A DNA stretch of 58,653 nt from Granulicella sp. GTDB lineage: Bacteria; Acidobacteriota; Terriglobia; Terriglobales; Acidobacteriaceae. The notes under the pieces are model-generated. The model saw only the letters and a list, made by a program, of their open reading frames with translations. It was not told the origin of the DNA and did no database searches. A program made the position numbers and the translations under genes. Each line of letters starts with the position of its first letter. The stretch's first letter is position 1. Positions 9,736 through 19,190 of the stretch are shown one piece after another. Where the stretch lies: positions 1-58,653 of the forward strand of contig PLUT01000344.1 of NCBI GenBank assembly GCA_003162875.1, read 5' to 3'.

Positions 9736-10982
9736 GGAAACGCCACGGCGTTCTTGGATTGCTTTGTGCCATGTCGGTCATCACTTTCCTCGATCGGATG
9801 GCGATCCCTACGGCCGAGTCCGGAATCCGTGGCGATCTTCACCTCTCGCCCGAGCAATTTGGCTGGGTGCTGAGTGCGTACGTTCTGGCGAATGCACTCT
9901 TCGAGATTCCTTCCGGCGCGATGGGCGACCAGAATGGCCGGCGGATCGAACTTACCCGGATCACCGTCTGGTGGTCGGGATTCACGACGCTGACCGGTTA
10001 CTGCAGGACCTTCGCGCAGATGGTTGGCTCGCGTTTTCTGTTCGGAGTTGGGGCGGCAGGCGCTTATCCGAATGCGGCGGGCGTGATCTCGCGATGGTTT
10101 CCGAAACAGGAACATGCGCGGGCTCAGGGATTTGTGTGGGGAGCGAGCAGACTGGGCGGAGTGCTGGCGCCTTTACTGCTGGTGCCGCTGGGAGCCTATC
10201 TGGGATGGCGGATGATCTTCTGGGTACTCGGCAGCGTTGGGATAGCGTGGTCGGCAGTCTGGTGGTTGTGGTTTCGCGACGCGCCGGAAGAAATGAAGGG
10301 CATCACTCACGCCGAACTTGAGGAAATTCGAGCGGGTCAGATTGCCAGGGACATACATGAGAGCGTGCCATGGGCGCGCCTGTTCGCATTGCCGCAGATG
10401 TGGCTGATCGTGGCGGCGTACTTTTGTTATGCGTGGGGAAGCTGGTTTTTCTTCGGATGGTTTACCACCTGGCTGACGCAGGGCGCCGGCTTCTCCGTCG
10501 GGCAGATGGGGTTCTTTACCTCATTTCCTTTCGCCATGGGGCTGATCGGGAATCTCATTGGTGGTGTGGCCAGCGAGCGGTTGGTCGAGCGCTATGGCAG
10601 ACGGCGAGCTTATCGCTGGGTCACCGGTATTTGTCTGACCGCCAGCAGCGGTCTGCTTCTTGGGATGAGCCTGGTAAAGGGACACGTGGCGATCGTGGTG
10701 CTGGCCACGCTGGGCTTCGGCGTAATGGACCTGATGCTGCCGTCTGCGTGGGCGATGTGCATGAGCCTTGGCGGCCGGTTCGGTGGCACAGCGACTGGCA
10801 TAATGAACACCGCCGGAAATCTTGGCGGATGGTTCTGCACAGTGTTCTTTGGGTATGTTGTCAGGGCCACGGGGGACTACAACCTTCCGCTTCGAGCGGT
10901 TGCGGTGATGGTGCTCGTAGCAGCCCTTGTGTTCGCGCGGGTTGATTGCACTAAAGGGCTGGTTGATCCGGAGCCGGTATAG
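9732..10982 (+). CDS. MFS transporter, anion:cation symporter (sugar-acid) type
   Basis: TFLDR in TM1, FEIPSG, RFLFGVGAAGAYP, RWFP..E, GIMNTAGNLGG and about 12 hydrophobic segments. TTG start overlaps the racemase stop. Confidence 0.88.
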   Translation: MRKRHGVLGLLCAMSVITFLDRMAIPTAESGIRGDLHLSPEQFGWVLSAYVLANALFEIPSGAMGDQNGRRIELTRITVWWSGFTTLTGYCRTFAQMVGSRFLFGVGAAGAYPNAAGVISRWFPKQEHARAQGFVWGASRLGGVLAPLLLVPLGAYLGWRMIFWVLGSVGIAWSAVWWLWFRDAPEEMKGITHAELEEIRAGQIARDIHESVPWARLFALPQMWLIVAAYFCYAWGSWFFFGWFTTWLTQGAGFSVGQMGFFTSFPFAMGLIGNLIGGVASERLVERYGRRRAYRWVTGICLTASSGLLLGMSLVKGHVAIVVLATLGFGVMDLMLPSAWAMCMSLGGRFGGTATGIMNTAGNLGGWFCTVFFGYVVRATGDYNLPLRAVAVMVLVAALVFARVDCTKGLVDPEPV

Positions 10983-11000
10983 GGAGCGCCCAGAGCAGCG

Positions 11001-12308
11001 CTACTTGCCGCGGACATGATCGAAGAAATCCGCGGTGCCTACCTGGCCCCCTTTCAGGACGAGTTCGAGGCCATCGAGCCGGGAATCGGCATGAGCGCGG
11101 CAGAGCGGGCTGCCGGGCTGGACATTGGCGATCCAGGTGAGGGCGTGAACTCCGAGTTGCTGGATTGCGTGCGAAGAGGTGTCACCGCCACAGATCAGGA
11201 TACGGCGGACCGGCGCAATTGAGTTGGCGTTTCGCTCGAGCAGTTCCGAAATCAGACTTCCTAGCGCGATTCCAAGGGAGTCTCCATATGCGGGAGATGC
11301 GGGAGTGCCGAGGGCCGTGTAGAGAATGGTGTCGCGGCCATCGGCAAGAGACCGGCTGGCAGATTCGAGAGCGGCGCTGCGGGTTGAGTTGTTTTCGTCG
11401 AGCAGGGCAAGAGGGTCCAGCGGTATGGGGTGATAACCATGGCCAATGGCGTATCGCAGTTGCCGCTCCGTCACCGCGGAACAGGATCCGCTAAGAACAA
11501 GCAGCGGCTTGGCGACAGCGATGGGCGCTGATGATGTCTGCACACTGAGCAGGCCCAGACAATTCCATTCCGAAACGAGGGCGGCGGTGAGCCCGGAGCT
11601 CCCCGCAGCGAAGAGTGGCCGCTGCTGCGCGCGACTCCAAAGCAGGCTGCCCACCGTGGACTGCGTTTCATCGTCGATCGTGTCGCAAATGACGGCTTGA
11701 TGCCCGCTGGCGATGAGAGCGTCGAGTGCGTCGGAAGCCGCGCCGGACCCAGACTTCAAAATTGAGGTATCGATGAGGCCGATCTTCGTCGAGGTCTGGG
11801 CAGCGAGGTGCAGGCGCAGGTCGGATTCATGCATCGGAGTCACAGGGTGACGGCTCATCGGGTGGCGATCGATGCGCTGAACGGCGCCATCGGGTGCTCC
11901 GGCGAAAAGATGACCGAAGGCGACGTAACGGCGCAGGTGGGGCGCACCGACGACGATGGGAACGAACGGAGGCGCAAAAACCTCGCGGCCGATCTCGATG
12001 GCGCGGCCGATGCTACCGATTGTGGGTGAGCTATCGAAGGTCGAGCAGACCTTATAGTGAGTGATCGGGGCTCCAAACCGCTGGAGTGCACGGAAAATGG
12101 CGGGAAGGTTGGCGGACATCCACCCCGGCGAGCGGGAACGGCTGTCTCCGGCAATGCCGATCGCCTGCGCACCGCTGAAGGTGGCGCGATGCTCCGGCTT
12201 TGGTACGCCGACAAAGAGGACGGCGGGAACACCGTTTGCGCCAAGTTGCTCCAGCACGTCGGTCGAGCCGGTGAAGTCGTCGCCGTAATAGGTGTAGAGG
12301 ATGGACAT
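11001..12308 (-). CDS. Four-carbon acid sugar kinase family (DUF1537), 3-oxo-isoapionate kinase OiaK-like
   Basis: Motifs YYGDDFTGSTD, HYKVCSTFDS, HPVTPM.ESDL, SGSCS..T..Q, GGDTS and LKGGQVG. Start at ATG 12308, just after the RLP stop. Confidence 0.88.
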   Translation of the reverse strand: MSILYTYYGDDFTGSTDVLEQLGANGVPAVLFVGVPKPEHRATFSGAQAIGIAGDSRSRSPGWMSANLPAIFRALQRFGAPITHYKVCSTFDSSPTIGSIGRAIEIGREVFAPPFVPIVVGAPHLRRYVAFGHLFAGAPDGAVQRIDRHPMSRHPVTPMHESDLRLHLAAQTSTKIGLIDTSILKSGSGAASDALDALIASGHQAVICDTIDDETQSTVGSLLWSRAQQRPLFAAGSSGLTAALVSEWNCLGLLSVQTSSAPIAVAKPLLVLSGSCSAVTERQLRYAIGHGYHPIPLDPLALLDENNSTRSAALESASRSLADGRDTILYTALGTPASPAYGDSLGIALGSLISELLERNANSIAPVRRILICGGDTSSHAIQQLGVHALTWIANVQPGSPLCRAHADSRLDGLELVLKGGQVGTADFFDHVRGK

Positions 12309-12312
12309 TCGG

Positions 12313-13578
12313 TCAGGTTCCGAAGAATTGCAAGGCAGCAGCGAGCTCAGGATGCGTGGCAGCATAGCTTTCGAGCGGGATGTTTGCGGCGGCTGCCTCC
12401 CACGCCTGTCGCAGGCTGCGGACTCCGGCGGCTACACCCATGGGATGACCAAGGATGCCGCCGCCGCAGGCATAGATGAGGTCAGTCGAGCCGAGGGCCT
12501 TGAACGTCTCCGGCGCCTGGCGTGCGGATTGGCCGGAGGAGAAGACGGGCATGATCTCACATCCAGGTGAGGGTGGTGGAAACATAGGCGTAAGGCAGGC
12601 TCGGGCGGAGGCGATGACAGACTCGTCGGACTCGCAGAACTTGTTGCGGAGGCCATTGACGTGGGTGTGGTCGACGCCGGCCAGGCGCCATAATTTCTGG
12701 AACGCGACAAACGACATGCCCAGCGCGGACGAACGGCCCATCATCCCCCAGCCGTTGCGGTGACCGTGGATGGCGAGCTGTGAATGTTGCCTCAAAGCTT
12801 TCATGGCTGGGAGCCCGATGGAGTTCACGCTGACCATGAGGCAGTTGCCTCCGCTGGCGACGATGTGGTCGTGGCGCCGGAGCATCTGGTCGAGATCGCC
12901 GGTCAGGTTGGCGGCATACATCACCTGCTTTCCAGCCTCTTGCTGGATATCCTTCAGGACGTTCAGGACGGCGGTAACGCGGGCTTCGAAGGGGCAGTGT
13001 GGACCGTCGGACTGGAGTTCGTCGTCCTTGATGAAGTCGATGCCGGCGTCGGCGAGGACGCGCACTTGTTCGGCCGTGGCTTCAGGTGACATGCCGATCG
13101 ATGGCTTGATGATGGTGCCAATGAGTGGCCGGCCGTGTACGCCGCTAAAGGCACGGGTTCCGGCAACGCCGAACTGTGGACCTTGGTATGCCGTGAGGAA
13201 TGCAGCTGGCAGCGTGAGGTCGAGGAGCTTGAGGCCGCTGAAGGCTTTGAGTTCCGAGAGATTGCCGGCAACTGTCGCGAGAAGATTCGGCAGCGACGGG
13301 CCGATGTTGTGCAGCGGCCAGGAGAGCGTGACCTCGGCGGTGCGGCGAAGGCCATCCCAGTTGGGCGGGGTGCCGGAGCCGGGGAGACTGGGCGCGGCGA
13401 CGGGTTCGCCCTCGACGATGGACTCAACCTGGGCAGCGTAGCGTTCACGCAGTTCGTCGGTCTCGCCGGGCACACGGAGGAAGGTTCCAGTCGACTGCTC
13501 GCCAGCCATGGTGGCTGAAGCTTGCGCAAGCGGGTAGGCGGTCTCGATCCAGTAGCGGGCGTAGATTCGGTCGCTCAT
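12313..13578 (-). CDS. RuBisCO-like protein (form IV), OiaT/OiaX-like
   Basis: Motifs GEQSTGTF, GTIIKPSIG, GIDFIKDDE, HGHRNG, NGLRNKF, PVFSSG and CGGGI.GHP. Adjacent to a DUF1537 kinase. No small subunit or PRK gene in the window. Confidence 0.92.
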   Translation of the reverse strand: MSDRIYARYWIETAYPLAQASATMAGEQSTGTFLRVPGETDELRERYAAQVESIVEGEPVAAPSLPGSGTPPNWDGLRRTAEVTLSWPLHNIGPSLPNLLATVAGNLSELKAFSGLKLLDLTLPAAFLTAYQGPQFGVAGTRAFSGVHGRPLIGTIIKPSIGMSPEATAEQVRVLADAGIDFIKDDELQSDGPHCPFEARVTAVLNVLKDIQQEAGKQVMYAANLTGDLDQMLRRHDHIVASGGNCLMVSVNSIGLPAMKALRQHSQLAIHGHRNGWGMMGRSSALGMSFVAFQKLWRLAGVDHTHVNGLRNKFCESDESVIASARACLTPMFPPPSPGCEIMPVFSSGQSARQAPETFKALGSTDLIYACGGGILGHPMGVAAGVRSLRQAWEAAAANIPLESYAATHPELAAALQFFGT

Positions 13579-13581
13579 GCG

Positions 13582-15384
13582 TCAGGCTCTGCTGAAGTAC
13601 GTTGCATACGTTTCGTTCTGGACGCGGTAGAGCGGGACGAAGACGATCTCATTGCCTGCGTAGTTCTCGACAAAAGATTGAGGAGCGAGTTTCTTGAGGC
13701 TGGACGGCAGAGCGAGGCGCTGCTGGCTGAGTTCGGGAGTGGGATTGAGAGCGACGTACTGCACCGGACCGCGCATGAGGGCGACGGTTTCAGGGTGGAG
13801 TTCGTCGATAGGCTCGGTGCGGAAGGACTGCGGGAGCGTAAGCTCGATGCGATCACCCGCGCGCCATGTGCGGTAGATGGAGGCGTACTTGCCGGGGCTG
13901 GTGGGCGTGGGGAGCCGCTTGCCGTTGAGTCTGATCGATGCGGATTGAGTAAGCCAGCCGGGAACACGCAGGTAGACCGTGAAAGCAGTAGCGCTGGCCG
14001 GAGTGAGCGTCAGAACAGTCGCGTCTTCGGCCGGGTAGCGCGTCTCCTGCGTGAGTTCGATCGGGGTGCCCGCAAAGGTGAAGCGCAGATGGGAAGGCGT
14101 AAAAAGATTGACGTACAGGCCGTCGTCAGCCTGAAAGTAGAGATTCAGCGGATAGTCTGCGACGGTCTGTGCAAGTGTGCCGGAACAGCACGGCCACTTC
14201 CTGGCGTAGAAGACCTTTTGCGCACCGGGCGAGTAGGTGGAGTAGTAGGGATAGTCGCCATCGGAGTCGGGCGGCTTGACCGCGAGGATGGTGTTGAAGA
14301 CAACGCGCTCGAGATTGTCGGCGTGGCTGGTGTTCGCGGGAGATGCGGTGAGGCGAATGAGATAGCGGGCGAGTTTGGTAGCCGCGTAGGCTCCGCACGG
14401 CGTCTCGAAGTGATCGACGGTGCTGGAGAGCGAGTTGTAGAGCTCGCCGCGATGCGGCGTAACGAAGGTCTCGTTCGGTCCCCAACCGCCCGAGGCGAAC
14501 TGCTGCTGCGTGGTAAGGAGTTCGAAAGCGTGTTGAAGAGCCTGCTTGTATTTCGGGTCGCTAAGGACTAGCCAGGCTTTCCCAGCAGAACTGAGAGCAA
14601 TGGCGTGGGAGTAGGCATGCTGACCGGGAAAGGGGTCGTCCCCGCGGGCGAGTGGGTCGAAAAGTTCGCGGTCCAGAAGATAGCGACGGGCGAGATCGCC
14701 GAACGCGGGATTGCCGGTGAGGTCGGCGGCAGTGAACAGATTCTCCGGCATGACGTAGGTCTCGTCATAGGGCGGATCCTTCTTGCCAATCCGGTCTCGG
14801 CCACGGGCGGGGAGAAGCGGCCGGGCACCTGCTAGAACGCGGCTCAAAATATCCTTGGTGCCGGACACGTTGCTGAGAGTCGCGGCATCGATCAGGCCGG
14901 CGAAGTGCTTGTCGAGCGTGTAGCAGATCCAGAGATTCGTGGAAGCGCGAAGGATGCTCTGGTTGTCAGGTCCCAATGTGGCAGCGAAGCCTTCGACGAG
15001 ATCGTGGGCTTTTTCGTGGCACGCGGCATCTCTGGTGCTGGCGCCGAAACGAGCGAGGCCGGAGATGTACTGACCAAGACTGTGGCCAGGGACGAAGCCG
15101 TCGCGATCGTACCATCCGCCCATGTCCTTGCCGGGCGCGGGCAAGCCTGCGCGCTGGCGATAGACCTTGAGCAAGCTGTCATTGGAGAGCGCAAGATAGT
15201 GGGCGTGGAGCGCGTCGTACTGCTCGGCAAGAGGTCCGCCGGTAAGTTGGACATCGGCATAGTTGAACTGCCGAAGGGGTTCGCGAGACGGTCCGCCCGT
15301 CGACCCCACTAGCCGCGGCGCAACCGTGAGAGCCGCCGTAGCCTGCACGGCGGTTTTCACGAAAGACCGGCGGTTCAATTGCAT
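13582..15384 (-). CDS. GH127/GH146-type beta-L-arabinofuranosidase-family glycosidase (GH127 includes aceric acid hydrolase), Tat-exported
   Basis: Tat signal NRRSFVK. Motifs GHSLGQYIS, ETPC, WPCCSGT (Zn/Cys motif), LRVPGW, R.W..GD.IEL.LP and ALMRGP. Alternative start at 15405 overlaps the regulator stop. Confidence 0.85.
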   Translation of the reverse strand: MQLNRRSFVKTAVQATAALTVAPRLVGSTGGPSREPLRQFNYADVQLTGGPLAEQYDALHAHYLALSNDSLLKVYRQRAGLPAPGKDMGGWYDRDGFVPGHSLGQYISGLARFGASTRDAACHEKAHDLVEGFAATLGPDNQSILRASTNLWICYTLDKHFAGLIDAATLSNVSGTKDILSRVLAGARPLLPARGRDRIGKKDPPYDETYVMPENLFTAADLTGNPAFGDLARRYLLDRELFDPLARGDDPFPGQHAYSHAIALSSAGKAWLVLSDPKYKQALQHAFELLTTQQQFASGGWGPNETFVTPHRGELYNSLSSTVDHFETPCGAYAATKLARYLIRLTASPANTSHADNLERVVFNTILAVKPPDSDGDYPYYSTYSPGAQKVFYARKWPCCSGTLAQTVADYPLNLYFQADDGLYVNLFTPSHLRFTFAGTPIELTQETRYPAEDATVLTLTPASATAFTVYLRVPGWLTQSASIRLNGKRLPTPTSPGKYASIYRTWRAGDRIELTLPQSFRTEPIDELHPETVALMRGPVQYVALNPTPELSQQRLALPSSLKKLAPQSFVENYAGNEIVFVPLYRVQNETYATYFSRA

Positions 15385-15401
15385 ACAGAAGCCTCTCGGG
15401 T

Positions 15402-16640
15402 TCATCGCGCGGCTGCCGCCGTAGCAGCGGAACGAGGTGCGGCGCCGTTGAAGCTTAGTCTTGCGTCCCCATGTTCGTCGAGCGGGTAGACGAGATCGAC
15501 ATTGCGCGGCGTGATGAGCTGATGTTTGACGAAGACGGTGAAAGGCACAGATTTTTTCTGTAGCATGCCGAGTGCGAGCGGGATGATTGCGTCGCCGTAG
15601 CGCTCCGGAAAGTAGGCGACTGTGCCGATCAGGCGGGTACCGGGGCGGCGCAGTTCATTACGGGTCTCGCGGATGGCATTCTGGCCGACGACTGCGCATC
15701 GTTCGCTCGCACCGGCCTCCTCAAAGGCGCGCAGTGCGGCCAGAGCACAGACATCGTTGACCGTGCCGACCAGCGTGCGGCGGGCTGGCGCTCTCCTCAG
15801 ATATTGACGAATGACCTCAAGCACCGTTTCGAAGTCTCCGCGGCCGTTGAGGTGAACAATAGGAACATTGACGATAGAAGGGAGTTCGGCGCGCAGACCG
15901 TCGACCAGGCCGGTGATGCGGAGTTCGAGGAGCGATCCGGCAATCGGGAGTTCCAGCAGGACGAGCTGGTCGACCTTGCCGTCCCAATTCTCGCGCGCCC
16001 AACGGCCCAGGGCCTTGCCGCCGATCAAGCCGGCGCGGTAGTTATTGGCGCCGAAGTAGGGGCAGCCGGGATGCGGGATTTCGATGGCGATAACGGGCGT
16101 GTTCGCCTCGAGGAACTTGGAGGCGATGGCTGGGGCAACGCGTTCGTAGGTCTGATATTCGAGCACCAGGTCCACACGTTCCTCGATGAGGATATCGACG
16201 TTGCGCAGGGCCTCGCGAGCGGAGTAGCGGTTGTTCACCGTGATTAGGTGGACGTGTTCGCGCGCAGCCGCAGTCTCAACACTCTGCAAGACGGCGCGGC
16301 AAAAGTCGGAATCGCCCTGAGCCGCGAAGCCGATTCGGAAGGGATGCGCCGTGACCGGGCCGAAACGGTTGCGATAGACTCCGGAACTCGCGCGCTCCAA
16401 CAATCCGCCGTGAATTAGCGTACGCAGCAGACGAAAGGACGTGGTTTTGGGCAGATGAGTGCGCTCAATAACCTCGGCAAGACTCAGTTCTTCTCCCAGC
16501 GACCGGAAAACCTTCAGAACTTCGCAGGCGCGCAACACGGTTTGCGATTCGTTACGATCGCTCCGGCGGCTGGGTACTGGAGTCGAATGGGCCTGGGTGA
16601 TCACGGGAGGAGTCTTGGTTGAATGGCTAGGGCTTTTCAT
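15402..16640 (-). CDS. Transcriptional regulator: IclR-type HTH fused to a periplasmic-binding-protein type 1 sugar-sensing domain
   Basis: N-terminal SQTVLRACEVL...LSLAEVIERTHLPKTTSFRLLRTL..GGLL (IclR HTH). C-terminal ribose-binding-like fold (PVIAIEIP, FGANNYRAGLIGG, AVVGQNA). Confidence 0.85.
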   Translation of the reverse strand: MKSPSHSTKTPPVITQAHSTPVPSRRSDRNESQTVLRACEVLKVFRSLGEELSLAEVIERTHLPKTTSFRLLRTLIHGGLLERASSGVYRNRFGPVTAHPFRIGFAAQGDSDFCRAVLQSVETAAAREHVHLITVNNRYSAREALRNVDILIEERVDLVLEYQTYERVAPAIASKFLEANTPVIAIEIPHPGCPYFGANNYRAGLIGGKALGRWARENWDGKVDQLVLLELPIAGSLLELRITGLVDGLRAELPSIVNVPIVHLNGRGDFETVLEVIRQYLRRAPARRTLVGTVNDVCALAALRAFEEAGASERCAVVGQNAIRETRNELRRPGTRLIGTVAYFPERYGDAIIPLALGMLQKKSVPFTVFVKHQLITPRNVDLVYPLDEHGDARLSFNGAAPRSAATAAAAR

Positions 16641-16662
16641 TCCGCGGCTCCAAAGTGATCGA

Positions 16663-16692
16663 ATTCTATATTCCGTTTTCCGGAACGCGCAA
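16663..16692 (-). promoter_or_regulatory. Sigma70-like promoter of the regulator operon (TTGCGC-N18-TAGAAT) with an operator in the spacer
   Basis: Read on the minus strand. The perfect palindrome at 16671-16685 lies between the -35 and -10 boxes. Confidence 0.5.
16671..16685. promoter_or_regulatory. Operator TTCCG-TTTTC-CGGAA
   Basis: Perfect 5-N5-5 palindrome 30 bp upstream of the regulator start codon. Confidence 0.75.
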
Positions 16693-16732
16693 CGGCGAAT
16701 GCGGAATCCCCCTAAGTTTCACGAACGGGAAA

Positions 16733-16747
16733 TTCCGCTTAGCGGAA
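16733..16747. promoter_or_regulatory. Operator TTCCG-CTTAG-CGGAA
   Basis: Perfect palindrome immediately upstream of TATAAG (16750-16755), ahead of rhaT. A degenerate tandem copy lies at 16717-16731. Confidence 0.75.
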
Positions 16748-16832
16748 ACTATAAGGTTACATCGGCAGTCTTCTACCTGCCACCAGCGGAGACTGTGAAC
16801 TAGGATTGGGCAGCTTTGCACGGGGGTTGCGG

Positions 16833-17933
16833 TTGAATCCAAATCCGTTTCTTGGTGTCCTGCTGCACTGGACCGGCGGCCTTTCAGCGGCGAGCTGTTA
16901 TCTGCCGTTTCGCGGGATACGGCGTTGGTCCTGGGAGGTCTATTGGCTCCTACAAGGGGTCTTCAGCTGGATTTTAGTCCCGCCCATCTTCGCCGCGCTG
17001 CTGGTACCGAGGTTTGTCGCGATTCTTTATGGCGCCAGCGGGACAGTTCTGTTCTACACCTGGTTCTGGGGAGCGATGTGGGGGATCGGCGGACTACTGT
17101 TTGGGCTTGGCGTGCGGTATCTTGGCATCGCGCTGGGATACACCATCGCTCTGGGATTCAGCACCGCCTTCGGGACGCTGGTACCGCCGTTGTTCTCCGG
17201 CCAACTTGCAACTATTATGCGTGAGTTGCCAGGCCAAGTGGTGGTTCTTGGCGTGGCCATGTGCCTTGTAGCGATTGTGGTGAGCGGCCTCGCCGGCCGC
17301 CTCAAAGAACGCGAGCTCGCGGGAGCCAAAGCGGAGGAGGGCGCAGCTCCGGGTGGCAAGGGCGAGTTTGTCTTCGGGCGCGGTATTCTGGTCGCCTCGT
17401 TTGCGGGCATCATGAGCGCATGCTTCGCTTATGGACTGGCGGCTGGCAAGCCGATGAGCGACGCAACCCGCGCAACTCTGCTGCTGCACGGCCGCAGGGA
17501 CTTGTGGCAGAGTCTTCCGGCACTCGTGGTGGTTCTTTGGGGAGGATTCACGACGAATGCACTGTGGTGCGGCGGACTCCTGATCCGGAACAGGTCGTTT
17601 GCCCAGTTCGCGGGAGGCGCATCGGATGCTGGTGATCATCTTCCAGCCGGACGGCTCGCACTGAACTATGCGTTTGCCGCAGCCGCTGGCCTGCTCTGGT
17701 ACTTGCAGTTTTTCTTCTACTCGATGGGCCAGACCAAGATGGGGAAATACGACTTCAGCAGTTGGACGCTGCACATGGCGGGGACAATCCTGTTTGCTAC
17801 GCTCTGGGGGGCGGTGCTGCATGAATGGCGCGGCACCAGCAGGCGCACCAAAGCGATGGGAGCCGCCGGATTTCTGTTGCTGGTGCTGTCCACACTGGTA
17901 GTCGGCTACGGAAATTATCTGAAGACGCGGTAA
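16833..17933 (+). CDS. rhaT: L-rhamnose/proton symporter RhaT family
   Basis: Motifs WSWEVYW, GAMWGIGGL.FGL.VRYLG, GIMSACFAYG, WYLQFFFYSMG, SSWTLHM and EWRG. TTG start at 16833 after GGGGG. Confidence 0.88.
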   Translation: MNPNPFLGVLLHWTGGLSAASCYLPFRGIRRWSWEVYWLLQGVFSWILVPPIFAALLVPRFVAILYGASGTVLFYTWFWGAMWGIGGLLFGLGVRYLGIALGYTIALGFSTAFGTLVPPLFSGQLATIMRELPGQVVVLGVAMCLVAIVVSGLAGRLKERELAGAKAEEGAAPGGKGEFVFGRGILVASFAGIMSACFAYGLAAGKPMSDATRATLLLHGRRDLWQSLPALVVVLWGGFTTNALWCGGLLIRNRSFAQFAGGASDAGDHLPAGRLALNYAFAAAAGLLWYLQFFFYSMGQTKMGKYDFSSWTLHMAGTILFATLWGAVLHEWRGTSRRTKAMGAAGFLLLVLSTLVVGYGNYLKTR

Positions 17934-17945
17934 GCCAAGCCGCGA

Positions 17946-19190
17946 TTACTCCGCTCCGAAGCTCGTTTGGGCCTGGTGAAGCAACTCTGCGACCGGCACG
18001 CTTGTAGTGATATTCGCGGTGACGAGCGTGTCGATGATGGCCGCGATGCGCGGCCAGTCGGCGCGTTGGGGAATTTCACGGGAATTGGCGTGGAGTTGTT
18101 CGATGCGGTGATAGAACGGGATCGCCGCATTGACCTCGGGGTCTTGCCACGTCGTGCGGCGGCAACCGATGGCGCCGGAGGTAGTGGTCAACTTGTCCAT
18201 CGCCGGGGTGAGCCCATGGCGCAGAAACTGCCACGCCTGGTCCTTGTGCAGGCTGCCCGCCGCAATAGAGAGCATCCAGTAGACGTTGAGTGAGACGGTA
18301 CTTCCCTGCTCTGCGCATGGGACATCGGCGATCTCGACAAGTCCTCGAACGGCGGACTCCGGCGACGTGTGGGCCATGGTCGCGAAGCCAAACCAATTGA
18401 TCATCATTGCTACGTGGCCGGCTGCGAATGCCAGACCGGCGGCAACGGAGTCCAGCTTGCGGCAATCTGGATGGACGGCCTCTTGGTCGGCGAGGATCTC
18501 ACGATAAAAGGTTAGGGCCTCGGCGGCGGGCGGCGTTTCGAACTGAACTCGGCCCGCGCGGTCGAACAGATCGCCGCCGCGCGTCCACAGTTGCAGCAGA
18601 AAGTCGTAGACCGAGTTATGTCCATCGGGGAACGCGGCGAAGACGGTGCCATAGAGGCCGGGCCGCCTCTGGTGCAGAAATCGCGCGATGCGATGGAAGA
18701 TCTGCCAGTTGCCGGGAGGGCTCAGGTGCTCTCCGAACTGTTGCTCGTAGAGGGCTCGCAGTTCGGGATCGTCGAACAGATCGCGACGATAGATAAGGCA
18801 CTCAGGCCCGTCATGGTACGGAACGCCAAGAACCGCGTCATCGATACGCTGCAGTCGAAGCAGCGAATCAGTCCACCCTTGAGGAAAATTCTGTGGCGGA
18901 TCGGACTCCAACAGCGGGGCTAGATCCATCGCGCAGCCTTGCGCATAAACAGACGCAATCCAGTCCGTCGCGATGAACGCAACGTCCCAATCGCCGCGGC
19001 GCATGCCGTTGGAGGCGAAGAGAGCGTGCTCGAGCGGATGCAGATCGAGCGCAACGAGATCGAGCGTGAGACCGGTGTGGGCAGATGACTCAAAGGCGTG
19101 CCATTGAGCACGAATGGCTTGCTCGAAGGGGGGGTACTTGCGAACCGCGATGCGAAATTGCTCCGTGCGCTTGATCTTCCCGTCCATCAC
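17946..19190 (-). CDS. Family-1 solute-binding-fold protein without a signal peptide
   Basis: Motifs [25 protein letters not shown] and AWQFLR, typical of CUT1 binding proteins. No hydrophobic N-terminus. Confidence 0.8.
   Translation of the reverse strand: MMDGKIKRTEQFRIAVRKYPPFEQAIRAQWHAFESSAHTGLTLDLVALDLHPLEHALFASNGMRRGDWDVAFIATDWIASVYAQGCAMDLAPLLESDPPQNFPQGWTDSLLRLQRIDDAVLGVPYHDGPECLIYRRDLFDDPELRALYEQQFGEHLSPPGNWQIFHRIARFLHQRRPGLYGTVFAAFPDGHNSVYDFLLQLWTRGGDLFDRAGRVQFETPPAAEALTFYREILADQEAVHPDCRKLDSVAAGLAFAAGHVAMMINWFGFATMAHTSPESAVRGLVEIADVPCAEQGSTVSLNVYWMLSIAAGSLHKDQAWQFLRHGLTPAMDKLTTTSGAIGCRRTTWQDPEVNAAIPFYHRIEQLHANSREIPQRADWPRIAAIIDTLVTANITTSVPVAELLHQAQTSFGAE

Noticed and set aside
12313-13578. 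CO2-fixing RuBisCO / Calvin cycle
   Set aside because: The second Lys of the RuBisCO TIKPKLG motif is replaced (IIKPSIG). There is no small subunit, PRK or activase, and the DUF1537 kinase context indicates a form IV catabolic RLP.
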